Notes under the pieces: model-generated
Database searches by the model: none
What the model was told of the DNA's origin: nothing
What the model saw: the letters and a program-made list of their open reading frames with translations, nothing else
Part shown: positions 38,671 through 49,238 of the stretch, one piece after another
Layout: each line of letters begins with the position of its first letter
Numbering within the stretch: position 1 is the first letter of the stretch
DNA from: Malacoraja senta
Taxonomy: Eukaryota
Direction of reading: 5' to 3'
NCBI GenBank assembly: GCA_038087875.1
Contig: CM075989.1
Location: 24,368,001-24,432,000, forward strand
Length of the DNA: 64,000 nt
Made by a program: the position numbers and the translations under genes

Positions 38671-40174
38671 CTATTTTTAAAAAAGTGCTGGTATATTAGA
38701 ATACATCTTCATAAGTAGATTGGACTTTAAGCAAACAGAACTGAATTATCACTATTTTACATGAACTAAATGTAAGCATTAACAAACAAGATCACACCAC
38801 ACTAGCCTTTAAACAAAGTTAAAGACAAACAGAGGTGGGGATGTATCGACTTATCAGTTGCAATGCTGAAGAATGATCTGATTTTCATGAATGTGTCTGA
38901 ATGCAATAACTCATAAATCTAATATTATTTAAATGTTAATATTTATCTAACATTTAGAATTGTGTTTAATTAAGTAACACGTAGTGCATAGAGATTGTAA
39001 ATGATTTCAAGAAACAGTGAGAATGATTCTCATTTCACCATTGCTTCATTCTTAAGTGTAAATTTGCCATTATTAGTCAACCTTAAAAGTAATCAGGATA
39101 AGAGGAGATTTTAGGTCTTGGAAAAAGTCTTTTTTTTCTTCAGTAGGTCGAATTTAGTCAAATCGATGTTAAAGAGGAGTATAGAAATACATGGTTAATG
39201 CTGAAGGTGGACAAAAATGCTGGAGGAACTCAGCGGGTGAGGCAGTATCTATGGAGCGAAGGAAATAGGTGACCTTTCGGGTCGAGACCCTTCTTAATGC
39301 TAATGTAGTTCAAGGAATGTTGGTGTTTAAAGGTCTTCCGAAGGAATACCAATGCAAATACAGGTGTTCTGGTGGAATAGTGACTGACACAGTCCACACA
39401 AATGTGTTAAACTAGCAATATTAGTAATAAATATAATTCTGACATTTAAGCCACTTTCATCCCTGTCTAAGAGATACATTTATAAAGGCAAATTCAATTG
39501 ACTGCGATTTTTGCAACTGGTGTCAGGGGTTATGGGGAGAAGGCATGAGAATGGGGTTAGGAGGAAGAGATAGATAAGCCATGATTGAATGACGGAGTAG
39601 ACTTGATGGGCCAAATGGCCTAATTCTGCTCCTATCACATGACCTTATGAACTGAAGTATGCAGAACAACAAAGGTTTTATAAGATAGATTGCAAAGGAT
39701 AATGAATATAATTCCAGTCTGTTCTCTTTGGTAATGACTGGAAATGTTTTTAATTGATCTTTGTGACATGCTTGGCAAAGTTGAACCTGTACCCCATTGT
39801 TAGTCTTCTGTATAATTTTTAGACTGCATGGCACACTCAGCCCCTTCAGAGAGCTTTAAAATCCAGTTACATAATGAAGAACAGTCACGCGTAGGTCGAA
39901 GCTAATTGAGGTGATAACTTGACATCCCCGGAGTACTTCCAGAGTATTCCATTTGTCCTCATGTGATGATATGACATATTTTGATTATCAGTGCACACGT
40001 GACCAAATGTTATGAATTTACTTTCACATTTTCTCCAGGTTGCTGGCCAGTCCCGTCACGTCCAGGTGATCAGACCTGTTTGTGTAATTTGTACTACAGT
40101 GCAGGGAGACATGGGTAGAATCTATTAAGATTGGAGTTAACAATTAAACAAAAGAAGTATCGATAACCTTCTAC

Positions 40175-40377
40175 CTTTGTATGTTGGCACAGTGTCTACT
40201 TTCCCTCCTTTCCCGTGCTTTCTTTCTGGAGGACGCATGCTCTCTGTGGGTTTGATTTTGTGAGGATTATAGTCTGTCTTGTAGGTTGTGTGGTGATCTA
40301 CCTCACCAGACTTTGGTCTATACTCTGGCTGTGTGTGAACATATCGACGTGTAACATCATGAGGTATATAATCTGTT
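40175..40377 (-). CDS. SAXO2: SAXO2 exon 3
   Basis: ctacag acceptor, gtagaa donor, phase 2-1. TDYIPHDV...TTYKTDYNPH...KVDTVPTYK joins DDYRMWD of exon 4. Confidence 0.92.
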
Positions 40378-41246
40378 CTGTAGATAACAAAATAAGAATC
40401 AAATGTTACTGCAAAATACACTTTTAGTGTTTTAACTTCTTAATCATTTCTTTGGTAGAGAAAGGATTCTTTTTTTAAGTGTATCTCGACAGAATACACA
40501 AGAATGCCTACTATATTCTGTTGTGCTGAAGCAAAGCAAGAATTTCATTGTCCTATCTGGGACACATGACAATAAACTCTCTTGAATCTTGAATCTCTTG
40601 TAAGCAAATGGAATCCCAGAGACTTTAGCTTTCTAATATTTGTAACATTGGAGTCTATTTGCTGCCAGCTTAAAGATTAAACCTGCTGTCCTAGGTAGTG
40701 AAAGAAAAAAGAGAAAGGGGGAGAAAGAGAGAGAGGAAGGGAGAGAGGGAGAGAAAGAGAGAGGATGTTTCTTTCTTCACTTTACCACATATGGAGGCGT
40801 CCATTAATCTTGGTGTTGTGACTAGTAACAGAATTGATATCCTTGTCCATCCTCGCGTATCTATTTGAACTCAGCTCAAATGGGAGCTTCTTGAATCCTT
40901 GGATTGGAAAACCTCTTTGCATTTGTCGATATCAGGTATATCAAGATTGGTGCTGGTGAATCTTGGAGTCCACTCCAATATCTGTCGAGCTATTCATCTT
41001 AACATTGGATTGAATTTCAGCTGCGGTTAGATTTTATAGTCAGCTCCCGCAAGATATGAATGATGATATTCCTCCGTGTGCTGGCTGATTTGTGCTGGTG
41101 TAGTACTTGTGGAATCATTTGCACTTGCCATGGGCGAGTTGGAAAACAAATGCAATTCATATTTTAGATAGACACATTTTTGCAAAAGCCATGGACATGA
41201 AGATCACATACCTGTGGCAATGCGACTAACATCTGTCTGGCTTAGT

Positions 41247-41274
41247 CTGAAGAAGGGTTTCAATCCGAAACGTC
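41247..41274 (+). ncRNA. Minimal hammerhead ribozyme-like core
   Basis: CTGAAGA-A-GGGT-TTCA-ATCC-GAAA-CGTC; stem II is retained through a G-U pair. Confidence 0.6.
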
Positions 41275-42246
41275 ACCAATTCCTTCTATCGAGAGATACT
41301 GCCTGTTCCGCTGAGTTACTCCAGCAGTTTGTGTCTATCTAAAGTCTCAGGAGTTCCATGTAGCATCAGTTTAGCACATGTTTTTATTGGCTTATAAATT
41401 TTGAAACATGTTCTCTGACGAAGAATTTATGCGATTCACTCCGCACTTGCTCACCGATACTCAGACCACTCGACACATGTTAGGCCTTCGAGCAATACAT
41501 CCCACTTGAAGTGTTTTCTAAGTTGACTGCATAATTTCAAAATGCTGCACACAATTAAAAGTCATGAAATGTCAAACAATTTACAAACAAACTTTCTTTC
41601 TCGCAGTTCCTGCTGATTTTCATCAATCATAAAGAATATGAAAAATCCAAACAGATTAAATCAGGATGAATCATGTATTCTCAGGCACTTCTTCAGTTTA
41701 AGTTATACTTCCGATATGAGTGAACAGAGGAAAAACACTGAATGTCTGCGTTATTCAGCTGAAAATGAGTGCAGAACACTAATTTAAAACGTGAGAAAAT
41801 CTGCGTGTTGTCAAATAGAAGTTATAAAATAATTCTCTCTAAAGAATAATGGCACTTAAAACCCCCCACCCCCACATCAGTCTGAAGAAGGGTCTCGAAC
41901 CAAAACGTCACCCATTCCTTCTCTCCAGAGATGCTTCCTGTTCTGCTGAGTTACCCCTCCAGCATTTTGTGTCTACCCTCTATAACTACTCTCTATAAGT
42001 AATCAAACAGTTTTATGAAGTCATGCTTAAGTCATGTACAGAAAGTCCTGTTAGCTGCCTACATACGTTACTATACCATGTACTTAGCTCATGAGGCCAA
42101 GGACCAGTTCTGCTTTGTGATACCAGAAGTAAAGTTGCACAAATAATAACATCAGTGTAAAGTGTACTTGAAATGTGCTAAATAATTGTACTTATACATC
42201 CACATGTGCCTTACAGATATCCAAACTATTGTCTTAAGACATTTAC

Positions 42247-42426
42247 TTAAATGTTGAGTTTCCATCCATTTTGACACGGTTATTCAGATATTCCAGTTTG
42301 GGTCTATAGCTGTTTGGTGGCTTGATATCACCATGTGGAGGATATTTCTCATGATACTCAGTTAGCAGGCATGGCTCCAGAGACTTGTCGAATATTTTTG
42401 ACGGCAGATGCGGACAATGATGCCTC
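42247..42426 (-). CDS. SAXO2: SAXO2 exon 2 (not in the ORF track)
   Basis: ttttcatttacag acceptor, gtaaat donor, phase 2-2. RHHCPHLPSKIFDKSLEPCLLTEYHEKYPP...MDGNSTF. Confidence 0.92.
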
Positions 42427-43120
42427 CTGTAAATGAAAATGAGACCAGTTTTACTCGTGAGTCCAGATTACTTCTGATAGTGATCAGTAAAAAGGCAGAA
42501 AATAAGTCAAGAACGTTAGATATATTCTGCAATGCTGCCACATAGTGGTGCACAATACAACCAAGACTTTGCTTTGCAAGTTCATTAAAGCAGATAAATT
42601 GCACATTTAAATTAAATTAAATGGGACGATGCTTTTCATAAAAGAGCAAAGAAAAATGTAAGAAAACGTACAATGTTTACAGCAATTATGGTTTCCAGCC
42701 ACACAATGTCAAAACATAAGGCAACATTATCAGAGTGTGTTGTCTGCAAGATGTGCATGATTTTCACAAATATGAAGAGCTCATTGTAAATTAAACAAAC
42801 AAAAAGCACAGTATCAGGTTGCTACAAGTAACTTCCAAAATTATTACCAGTAGTTCCATTTGGTGCAATGCTCGACTTTGCTTTGGTAAATATACCATCA
42901 ATAATCTTTCAGAATATGCCATTTCTATCTTCAAAGCAACCGTCTTTGTAGCCTGCAAGTTTTATGGTTTTAACAGGTTTAGACTTTGGGTTTCAGTGAA
43001 CAACATTTATTTATTTTCTTTGAAAGAAATGCATTAAAAAAAAGGAGAGATTCTGAGAGGGTGGGGTTGGGATTAATGAGTTTGCAAGTGACAGAGAAAG
43101 GGCTAAAACAGTGGAGGAAG

Positions 43121-43550
43121 AGTGCTGGAGTAACTCAGTGGGTCAGGCAGCTTCTGTGGAGAACATGGATAGGTTACGTTTCACAGAGTGCTGGAGTAAC
43201 TCAGCGGGTCAGGCAGCATCTGTGGAGAACATGGATAGGTGACGTTTCACAGAGTGCTGGAGTAACTCAGCGGGTCAGGCAGCATCTGTGGAGCGAAGGA
43301 AATGGGCAACCTTTCGGGCCGAAACCCTGAAGGAAATAGGCAACGTTTCGGCCCGAAACCCTTCCGGGTTTCGGCCCGAAACGTTGCCTATTTCCTTCGC
43401 TCCATAGATGCTGCCGGAACATGGATAGGTGACGTTTCACAGAGTGCTGGAGTAACTCAGCGGGTCAGGCAGCATCTCTGGAGAACATGGATAGGTGATG
43501 TTTCGGGTTGAGACCCTTCTTCGAACTGATACCCTTCTTCGGACTGATTG
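43121..43550 (-). repeat. 66-bp tandem array (4 units) interrupted by a palindrome of a second pLTR subfamily
   Basis: Units at 43123, 43189, 43255 and 43445; inverted repeat at about 43278-43415. Confidence 0.9.
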
Positions 43551-43737
43551 TAGGAGGGGGGAGGTGAAAGCTGGAAGAGAAAGCCTGTACTAATGTTGGG
43601 ACCAGGTACTTTGTAACTTGGTCAGCACTCTTTATGTGGCGACGATTGCATGCCTTTGGTACACAAGCAAAGAATTTCACTGTGACTTGTCACATGTGAC
43701 AATAAAGTATTCAATCAATACACAGCACTGTTTTGTA

Positions 43738-45003
43738 CGTGGGAGGTCGTGCCTGATTAATTTTTTTGAAGACCTGACCTAAAAGGTCGATGAGGGCAGA
43801 GCTGTAGATGTTGTGTACATGGACTTCAGTAAGGTGTTCGACGAGGTGCCGCATGGTAGGCTGCTCTGGAAGGTTAGATCGCATGGGATCCAAGGAGAGA
43901 TAGCTGAATGGATAGTAAATTGGCTCCATGGAAGGAAGCAGAGGGTGATGGTGGAAGGTTGCCTCTCGGAATGGAGACCTGTGACTAGTGGTGTGCGTCA
44001 GGGTTCGGTGCTGGGCCCGTTACTGTTCGTCATCTACATCAATGATTTGGATGAGAACATACAGGATGAGATTAGCAAGTTTGCTGTGATACAAAAGTTA
44101 GCGGTTTTGCAGATAGTGAAGATGGTTGTGAACGATTGCAGCAGGATCTGGATCGATTGGCCAGGTGGGCCGAGGAATGGTTGATGGAATTTAATAGAGA
44201 GAAGTGTGAGGTGTTGCATTTTGGGACGTCGAACAAGGGCAGGACCTACACAGTGAATGCTAGGCCTCTGGGTAGTGTTGTAGAACAGAGGGATCTAGGA
44301 GTACATGTACATGGTTCCTTGAAGGTCGAGTCGCAGGTAGATAAAGTGGTCAAAAAGGCTTTTGGCACTTTGGCCTACATCAGTCAGAGTATTGAGTATA
44401 CAAGTTGGGAGGTCATGTTGCAGTTGTATAAGACATTGGTGAGACCCCATCTAGAATATTGTTTTCAGTTCTGGGCACCATGTTATAGGAAAGATATTGT
44501 CAATCTTGAAAGGGTTCAGAAAAGATTTACGAGGATGTTGCCAGGACTAAAGGGTGTGAGCTATAGGGAGTGGTTGAGTAGGCTGGGTCTCTATTCCATG
44601 GAGCGCAGGAGGATGAGGGGTGATCTTATAGAGGTGTACAAAATCATGAGAGGAATAGATCAGGTAGATGCACAGAGTCTTTTGCCCAGAGTAGGGGAAT
44701 TGAGGACCCCGGAGGACATAGGTTCAATGTGAAGGGGAAAAGATTGAATAGGAATCCGAGGGGGTAACTTTTTCACACAAAGGGTGGTGGGTGTATGGAA
44801 CAAGCAGCCAGAGAAGGTAGTTGAGGCTGGGACAATGCCATCATTTAAGAAACAGTTAGACAGGTACATGGATAGGACAGGTTTGGAGGGATATGGTCCA
44901 AGCGCAGGCAGGTGGGACTAGTTTAGTTGGGACATTGTTGGACGATGTGGGCAAGTCGGGCCGAAGGGCCTGTTTCCACGCTGTATGACGCTATGACTCT
45001 ATG
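43738..45003 (+). mobile_element. 5'-truncated CR1-clade LINE (HER1-like), frameshifted RT and 3' UTR
   Basis: [14 protein letters not shown]...[34 protein letters not shown] and RRRMRGDLIEVYKIM. Tail gggccgaagggcctgtttcc...tatgactct. Confidence 0.95.
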
Positions 45004-45822
45004 GCTCTGTGACTGGAGATGACAACGTGAGCAGGGTTGAGGATGTGGCAGGCAGCACTGGTTCTCCCTGGTCAGAGCTGCAGACGCATGGCCCCACTTT
45101 ACAAATGGCTATTTGTCAAGATAATGGGGGACTCAACACTCTTCAATCTGCACTTTGGCAGGAGATAGGAAGGGAAGGAGTTTAAACTGAACCTGTCTGT
45201 GTTGTCAATTTCTCTTTTGTACATAGATAACAAAAGAGTTTAGTCAACTCTTGGTTTCCAGGGAACACTCTATAGCAACCAAACTTTAAAACAACATGCA
45301 AAATATCACCAGCGCACCAAGTACCTTTGGTCTCTTTTAACAGGCAACTTATTTTAAATATGTCAAAAGAAAAGTTATTTCTAAACAACAAGATAGATTT
45401 TGCACTTTGGAGTTAGCAGTAAATTGCATTCAAAGTACAATAGTTTATTTATTGATTTTACGCTGCAATTTTCTGTTTAATTTCAACTGATAGTCAGAAG
45501 TATAAAATGTTCTGTAAACTGCACAATGGGAAAATACCTTATAATGCAAGATTTTTTTGTGATACTTTTAAGAATGGTAACCAGAAGACTACTGTTTATT
45601 AAATTTAAAATGGGTTGACCAGAACAATAATCAGAGCTCCTCATACACTCACAGAGTGATCCTGAGCTTCTGGCCTGATGCCGTTGTATTTCACCATCCT
45701 ACTCTGACTTTTCTGTCAGTGCTCACCAACACTGCTATAACGAGATTCAAGGCAAGCTTGACAAACAACCATTTTAATCAATGCATATTTCAACCTTAAG
45801 GACTCAACAGTGTCTAACTACT

Positions 45823-46978
45823 CCACTACAAACCTACCGACTCCCATGGCTCCACTACAAACCTACCGACTCCCATGGCTCCACTACAAACCTACCGACT
45901 CCCATGGCTATCTGGACTACACTTCTTCCCACCCTGCTTCCTGTAAGGACTCCATCCCCCACTCCCAATTCCTCCGTCTACGCCGCATCTGCTCCCAGGA
46001 TGAGGCGTTCCACACCAGGGCATCTGAAATGTCCTCATTCTTCAGGGAACGGGGGTTCCCCTCCTCCACCATAGATGAGGCTCGCACCAGGGTCTCTGCC
46101 ATACCCCGCAACACTGCTCTCTCTCCCCATCCCCCTACTCACAACAAAGGCAGAGTCCCCCTAGTCCTCACCTTTCACCCCACCAGCCGTCACATACAAC
46201 AAGTGATCCTCCGTCAGTTTCGCCACCTCCAACGTGACCCCACCACTCGCCACATCTTCCCATCTCCCCCCATGTCTGCCTTCCGCAAAGACCGCTCCCT
46301 CCGTAACTCCCTTGTCAATTCTTCCCTTCCCTCCCATACCACCCCCTCCCCTGGTACTTTCCCTTGCAACCGCAAGAGATGCAACACTTGTCCCTTCACC
46401 TCCCCCCTCCACTCCATTCAAGGACCCAAGCAGTCGTTCCAGGTGCGACAGAGGTTCACCTGCATCTCCTCCAACCTCATCTATTGCATTCGCTGCTCTA
46501 GATGCCAGCTGATCTACATCGGTGAGACCAAGCGGAGGCTTGGCGATCGTTTCGCCGAACACCTCCGGTCGGTCCGCAATAACCAACCTGAACTCCCGAT
46601 GGCTCAGCACTTCAACTCCCCCTCCCATTCCGTATCTGACCTCTCTGTCCTGGGTCTCCTCCATGGCCACAGCGAGCAACACCGTAAATTGGAGGAAATG
46701 CACCTCATATTCCGCTTGGGCAGTCTACATCCTGGGGGCCTCAACATTGAATTCTCCCAATTCTGCTAGCCCTTGCTGTCCCCTCCCCTTCATCAGCCAT
46801 CTGGTTGTCTCCTCCCCTCCCCCAGCCCTCGGGCTCCTCCTCCGCCTTTGTCCTTTTTTCCTTTCTTCTCCCCACCCCCTATCAGTCTGAGGAAGGGTTT
46901 CGGCCCGAAACGTTACCTATTTCCTTCGCTCCATAGATGCTGCTGCACCCGCTGAGTTTCTCCAGCATTTTTGTGTAC
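45823..46978 (+). mobile_element. 5'-truncated Penelope-like retroelement: RT C-terminus, GIY-YIG endonuclease and 3' pLTR
   Basis: Open frame to 46769 with YKPTDSH..YL and NLIYCIRCSRCQLIYIGETKRRLGDRFAEH (GIY-YIG). Perfect 15-bp TSD CAGTGTCTAACTACT at 45808-45822 and 46979-46993. Confidence 0.92.
46887..46914 (+). ncRNA. Minimal hammerhead ribozyme-like core in a Penelope pLTR
   Basis: CTGAGGA-A-GGGT-TTCG-GCCC-GAAA-CGTT: catalytic core boxes, 4-bp stem II, palindromic AACGTT in place of stem III. Stem I is weak. Confidence 0.7.
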
Positions 46979-47437
46979 CAGTGTCTAACTACTATCTACC
47001 TCTTTGGTGACCCTCAGACTATCCTTGATCGGACTTTGCTGGCTTTACCTTGCACTAAACGTTATTCCCTTATCACGTATCTGTACACTGTAAATGGTTC
47101 AATTGTGATCATGTATTGTCGTTCTGCTGACTGGATAGCATGCAACAAAAACTTTTCACTGTAACTCGGTATACATGACAATAAACTAAACAAATTAATT
47201 AAACTAACAAACCTTTCCTATCTACGCAGCTCTCTAGAGGGCTTTCAAATGTTGTTATAATACCTGTATTGACAACCTCCTCAGGCAGCTTATTCTATAC
47301 AACCATCACCCTTTGTGTGAAAAAGTTGCACCTCAGATTCCCATTAAATCTTTCCTTTCCCCACTCACCTTAAATCTATGTTCTCTGGTTCCTGATTCAA
47401 CCTACTCTAGGAAAAAGACTGTGCATTCACCCTATCT

Positions 47438-47508
47438 TCTTCTTCTTCTTGTTGTAGGATTCCGGCAGTGTAGACGCTGCTAAGCGTATTACTGCCCTCC
47501 ACAGGTCT
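47438..47508 (-). mobile_element. 71-bp LINE 3' tail (I/Nimb-like) with (GAA)n end
   Basis: 12-bp TSD ttcaccctatct at 47426 and 47509; stem-loop followed by gaagaagaag on the minus strand. Confidence 0.7.
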
Positions 47509-48147
47509 TTCACCCTATCTATTGCACTCATGATATTATACACCTGAAATATCACCATTTGAACCTTTAGGCCAAATTCCTTCATGAAAAATCAGTAACA
47601 TAGCAGAGCAGATTGTGCCTAGGGACTTTACATAATCAATACCATCCAAACATTGACCTTGACTATCTGTCACTGAAGCCAATGAAAGCTGTGGGCTAAC
47701 AGGGGCAACTCCAATCAGGAAAAAGAGGTGAAGAGATTTAGAGTGAATTCCTGTGCTTTGGATCTTGGTGAATGAAAACAGATGGTTGACCAATTTTACT
47801 GTTTTACAAATACTTTCCTTGGTCAAACCTAGAGAACAATAGAGAATTTTGTGAACAGCATCAATTTCCTTTAAGTGGAGTTATCAAAAACAAGGTCTCA
47901 TTAATTACTTCCTGCTGTGAGTGGCATAAATAAACGACAATAGCTTGTTTTATTTAGCAGAAAGAGATTTATCCCGAACAAAAGATCAATGAATTTCAGA
48001 CATTACATGCAGCAATAACCTTCCTGTCATTTTGTGGCCTAATTTACATGTTACATAGAACAGGAAAAAGGCCCTTTGGCCTTCAATGTCTGTGCTGAAC
48101 ATGATGCCAAAACCAACACTTACCTGTCAGCGCATAATCCTTTTCTC

Positions 48148-48360
48148 TCTGAAGATTGACACAAAAAGCTGGAGTAACTCAGTGGGACAGGCAGCATCTC
48201 TGGAGAGAAGGAATGGGTGATGTTTCAGGCCGAGACCCTTCTTCAGACCCAAAACGTCATCCATTCCTTCTCTCCAGCGATGCTGCCTGACCCGCTGAGT
48301 TAATCCAGGTTTTTGTGTCTATCTTCGGTTTAAACCAGCATCTGTAGTTCCTTCCTACAC
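48148..48360. mobile_element. Fold-back Penelope pLTR element nested in a CR1 fragment
   Basis: Inverted arms; TSD atccttttctc at 48137 and 48361. Further members at about 2108, 7056, 8760, 10215, 19659, 23545, 55326, 57145 and 59772. Confidence 0.85.
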
Positions 48361-49210
48361 ATCCTTTTCTCGCCTTTCCCTGCATATCCATGTGCCTGTC
48401 CAAAAGTCTCTTAAACATCACTTTTGCATCTGTCTCCACCACCATTACTCCTGGCCTCCTCCACCCTTTAAGTAAAATACCTGTCCCGTCCAATTCCTTT
48501 TGCCCCTCTCACCTGTGAGCTATACTCTCTAGTATTTGTTTTTTCCATCCTGGGAAAAAGGTTCTGGCTGTCTATCCTATCTACGCCTCTCATAATTGTA
48601 TATACTTCGATCACATCTCGCCTCAACTTCTGGTGTCCCAGGGAAAACAACCCAAGTCTGTTCAAACTCTCCTGTAGCTAAAACTCATTAATCCAGACAT
48701 CATACTCGTGAACCTCCTCTGCACCCTATCCAAAGCCTTCTGCAATGCGGTGACAGTATTACGTACAATACTCCATATGTGGCCCAACTAATTTAAAACT
48801 AGAAGCTAGCTCCAGACAATTGTCCTTCACCCCAATTCAAGTCCACTGCTATTGTGTTTCATCAGAATGTACTGTGCTTATTTTTAGGCACATGAGGAAA
48901 GAATCTTAAGGCAGTTTTCGTTTTGTGTTCCAGCATAACTTTTAAAATGATTTGTCGTTGAAAGTTCCCAACAAACTGATTAATGGGGTCCAAAGTTTCT
49001 ACAAATAATTCAGTTTAAATACTCTTAATATCTATTTCTCAGCATTTAAAATTGGACTATTATTGGACAGCTGACATAGGTTAAAAATATTATTTTTGTG
49101 AAAAGTAATTCTCAGAATGTCACAGTGTGGAAACAGCCCACTGGGTCCATGGTGACCACAAGCACCCATTCACACTATTCCAATGTTATTATTCCCCATC
49201 CCCTATCAGT

Positions 49211-49238
49211 CTGAAGAAGGGTTTCGGCCCGAAACGTT
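49211..49238 (+). ncRNA. Minimal hammerhead ribozyme-like core
   Basis: CTGAAGA-A-GGGT-TTCG-GCCC-GAAA-CGTT in a solo pLTR fragment (about 49195-49340). Confidence 0.68.

Noticed and set aside
46161..46890. Additional overlapping ORFs on both strands
   Set aside because: Shadow frames of the Penelope ORF.
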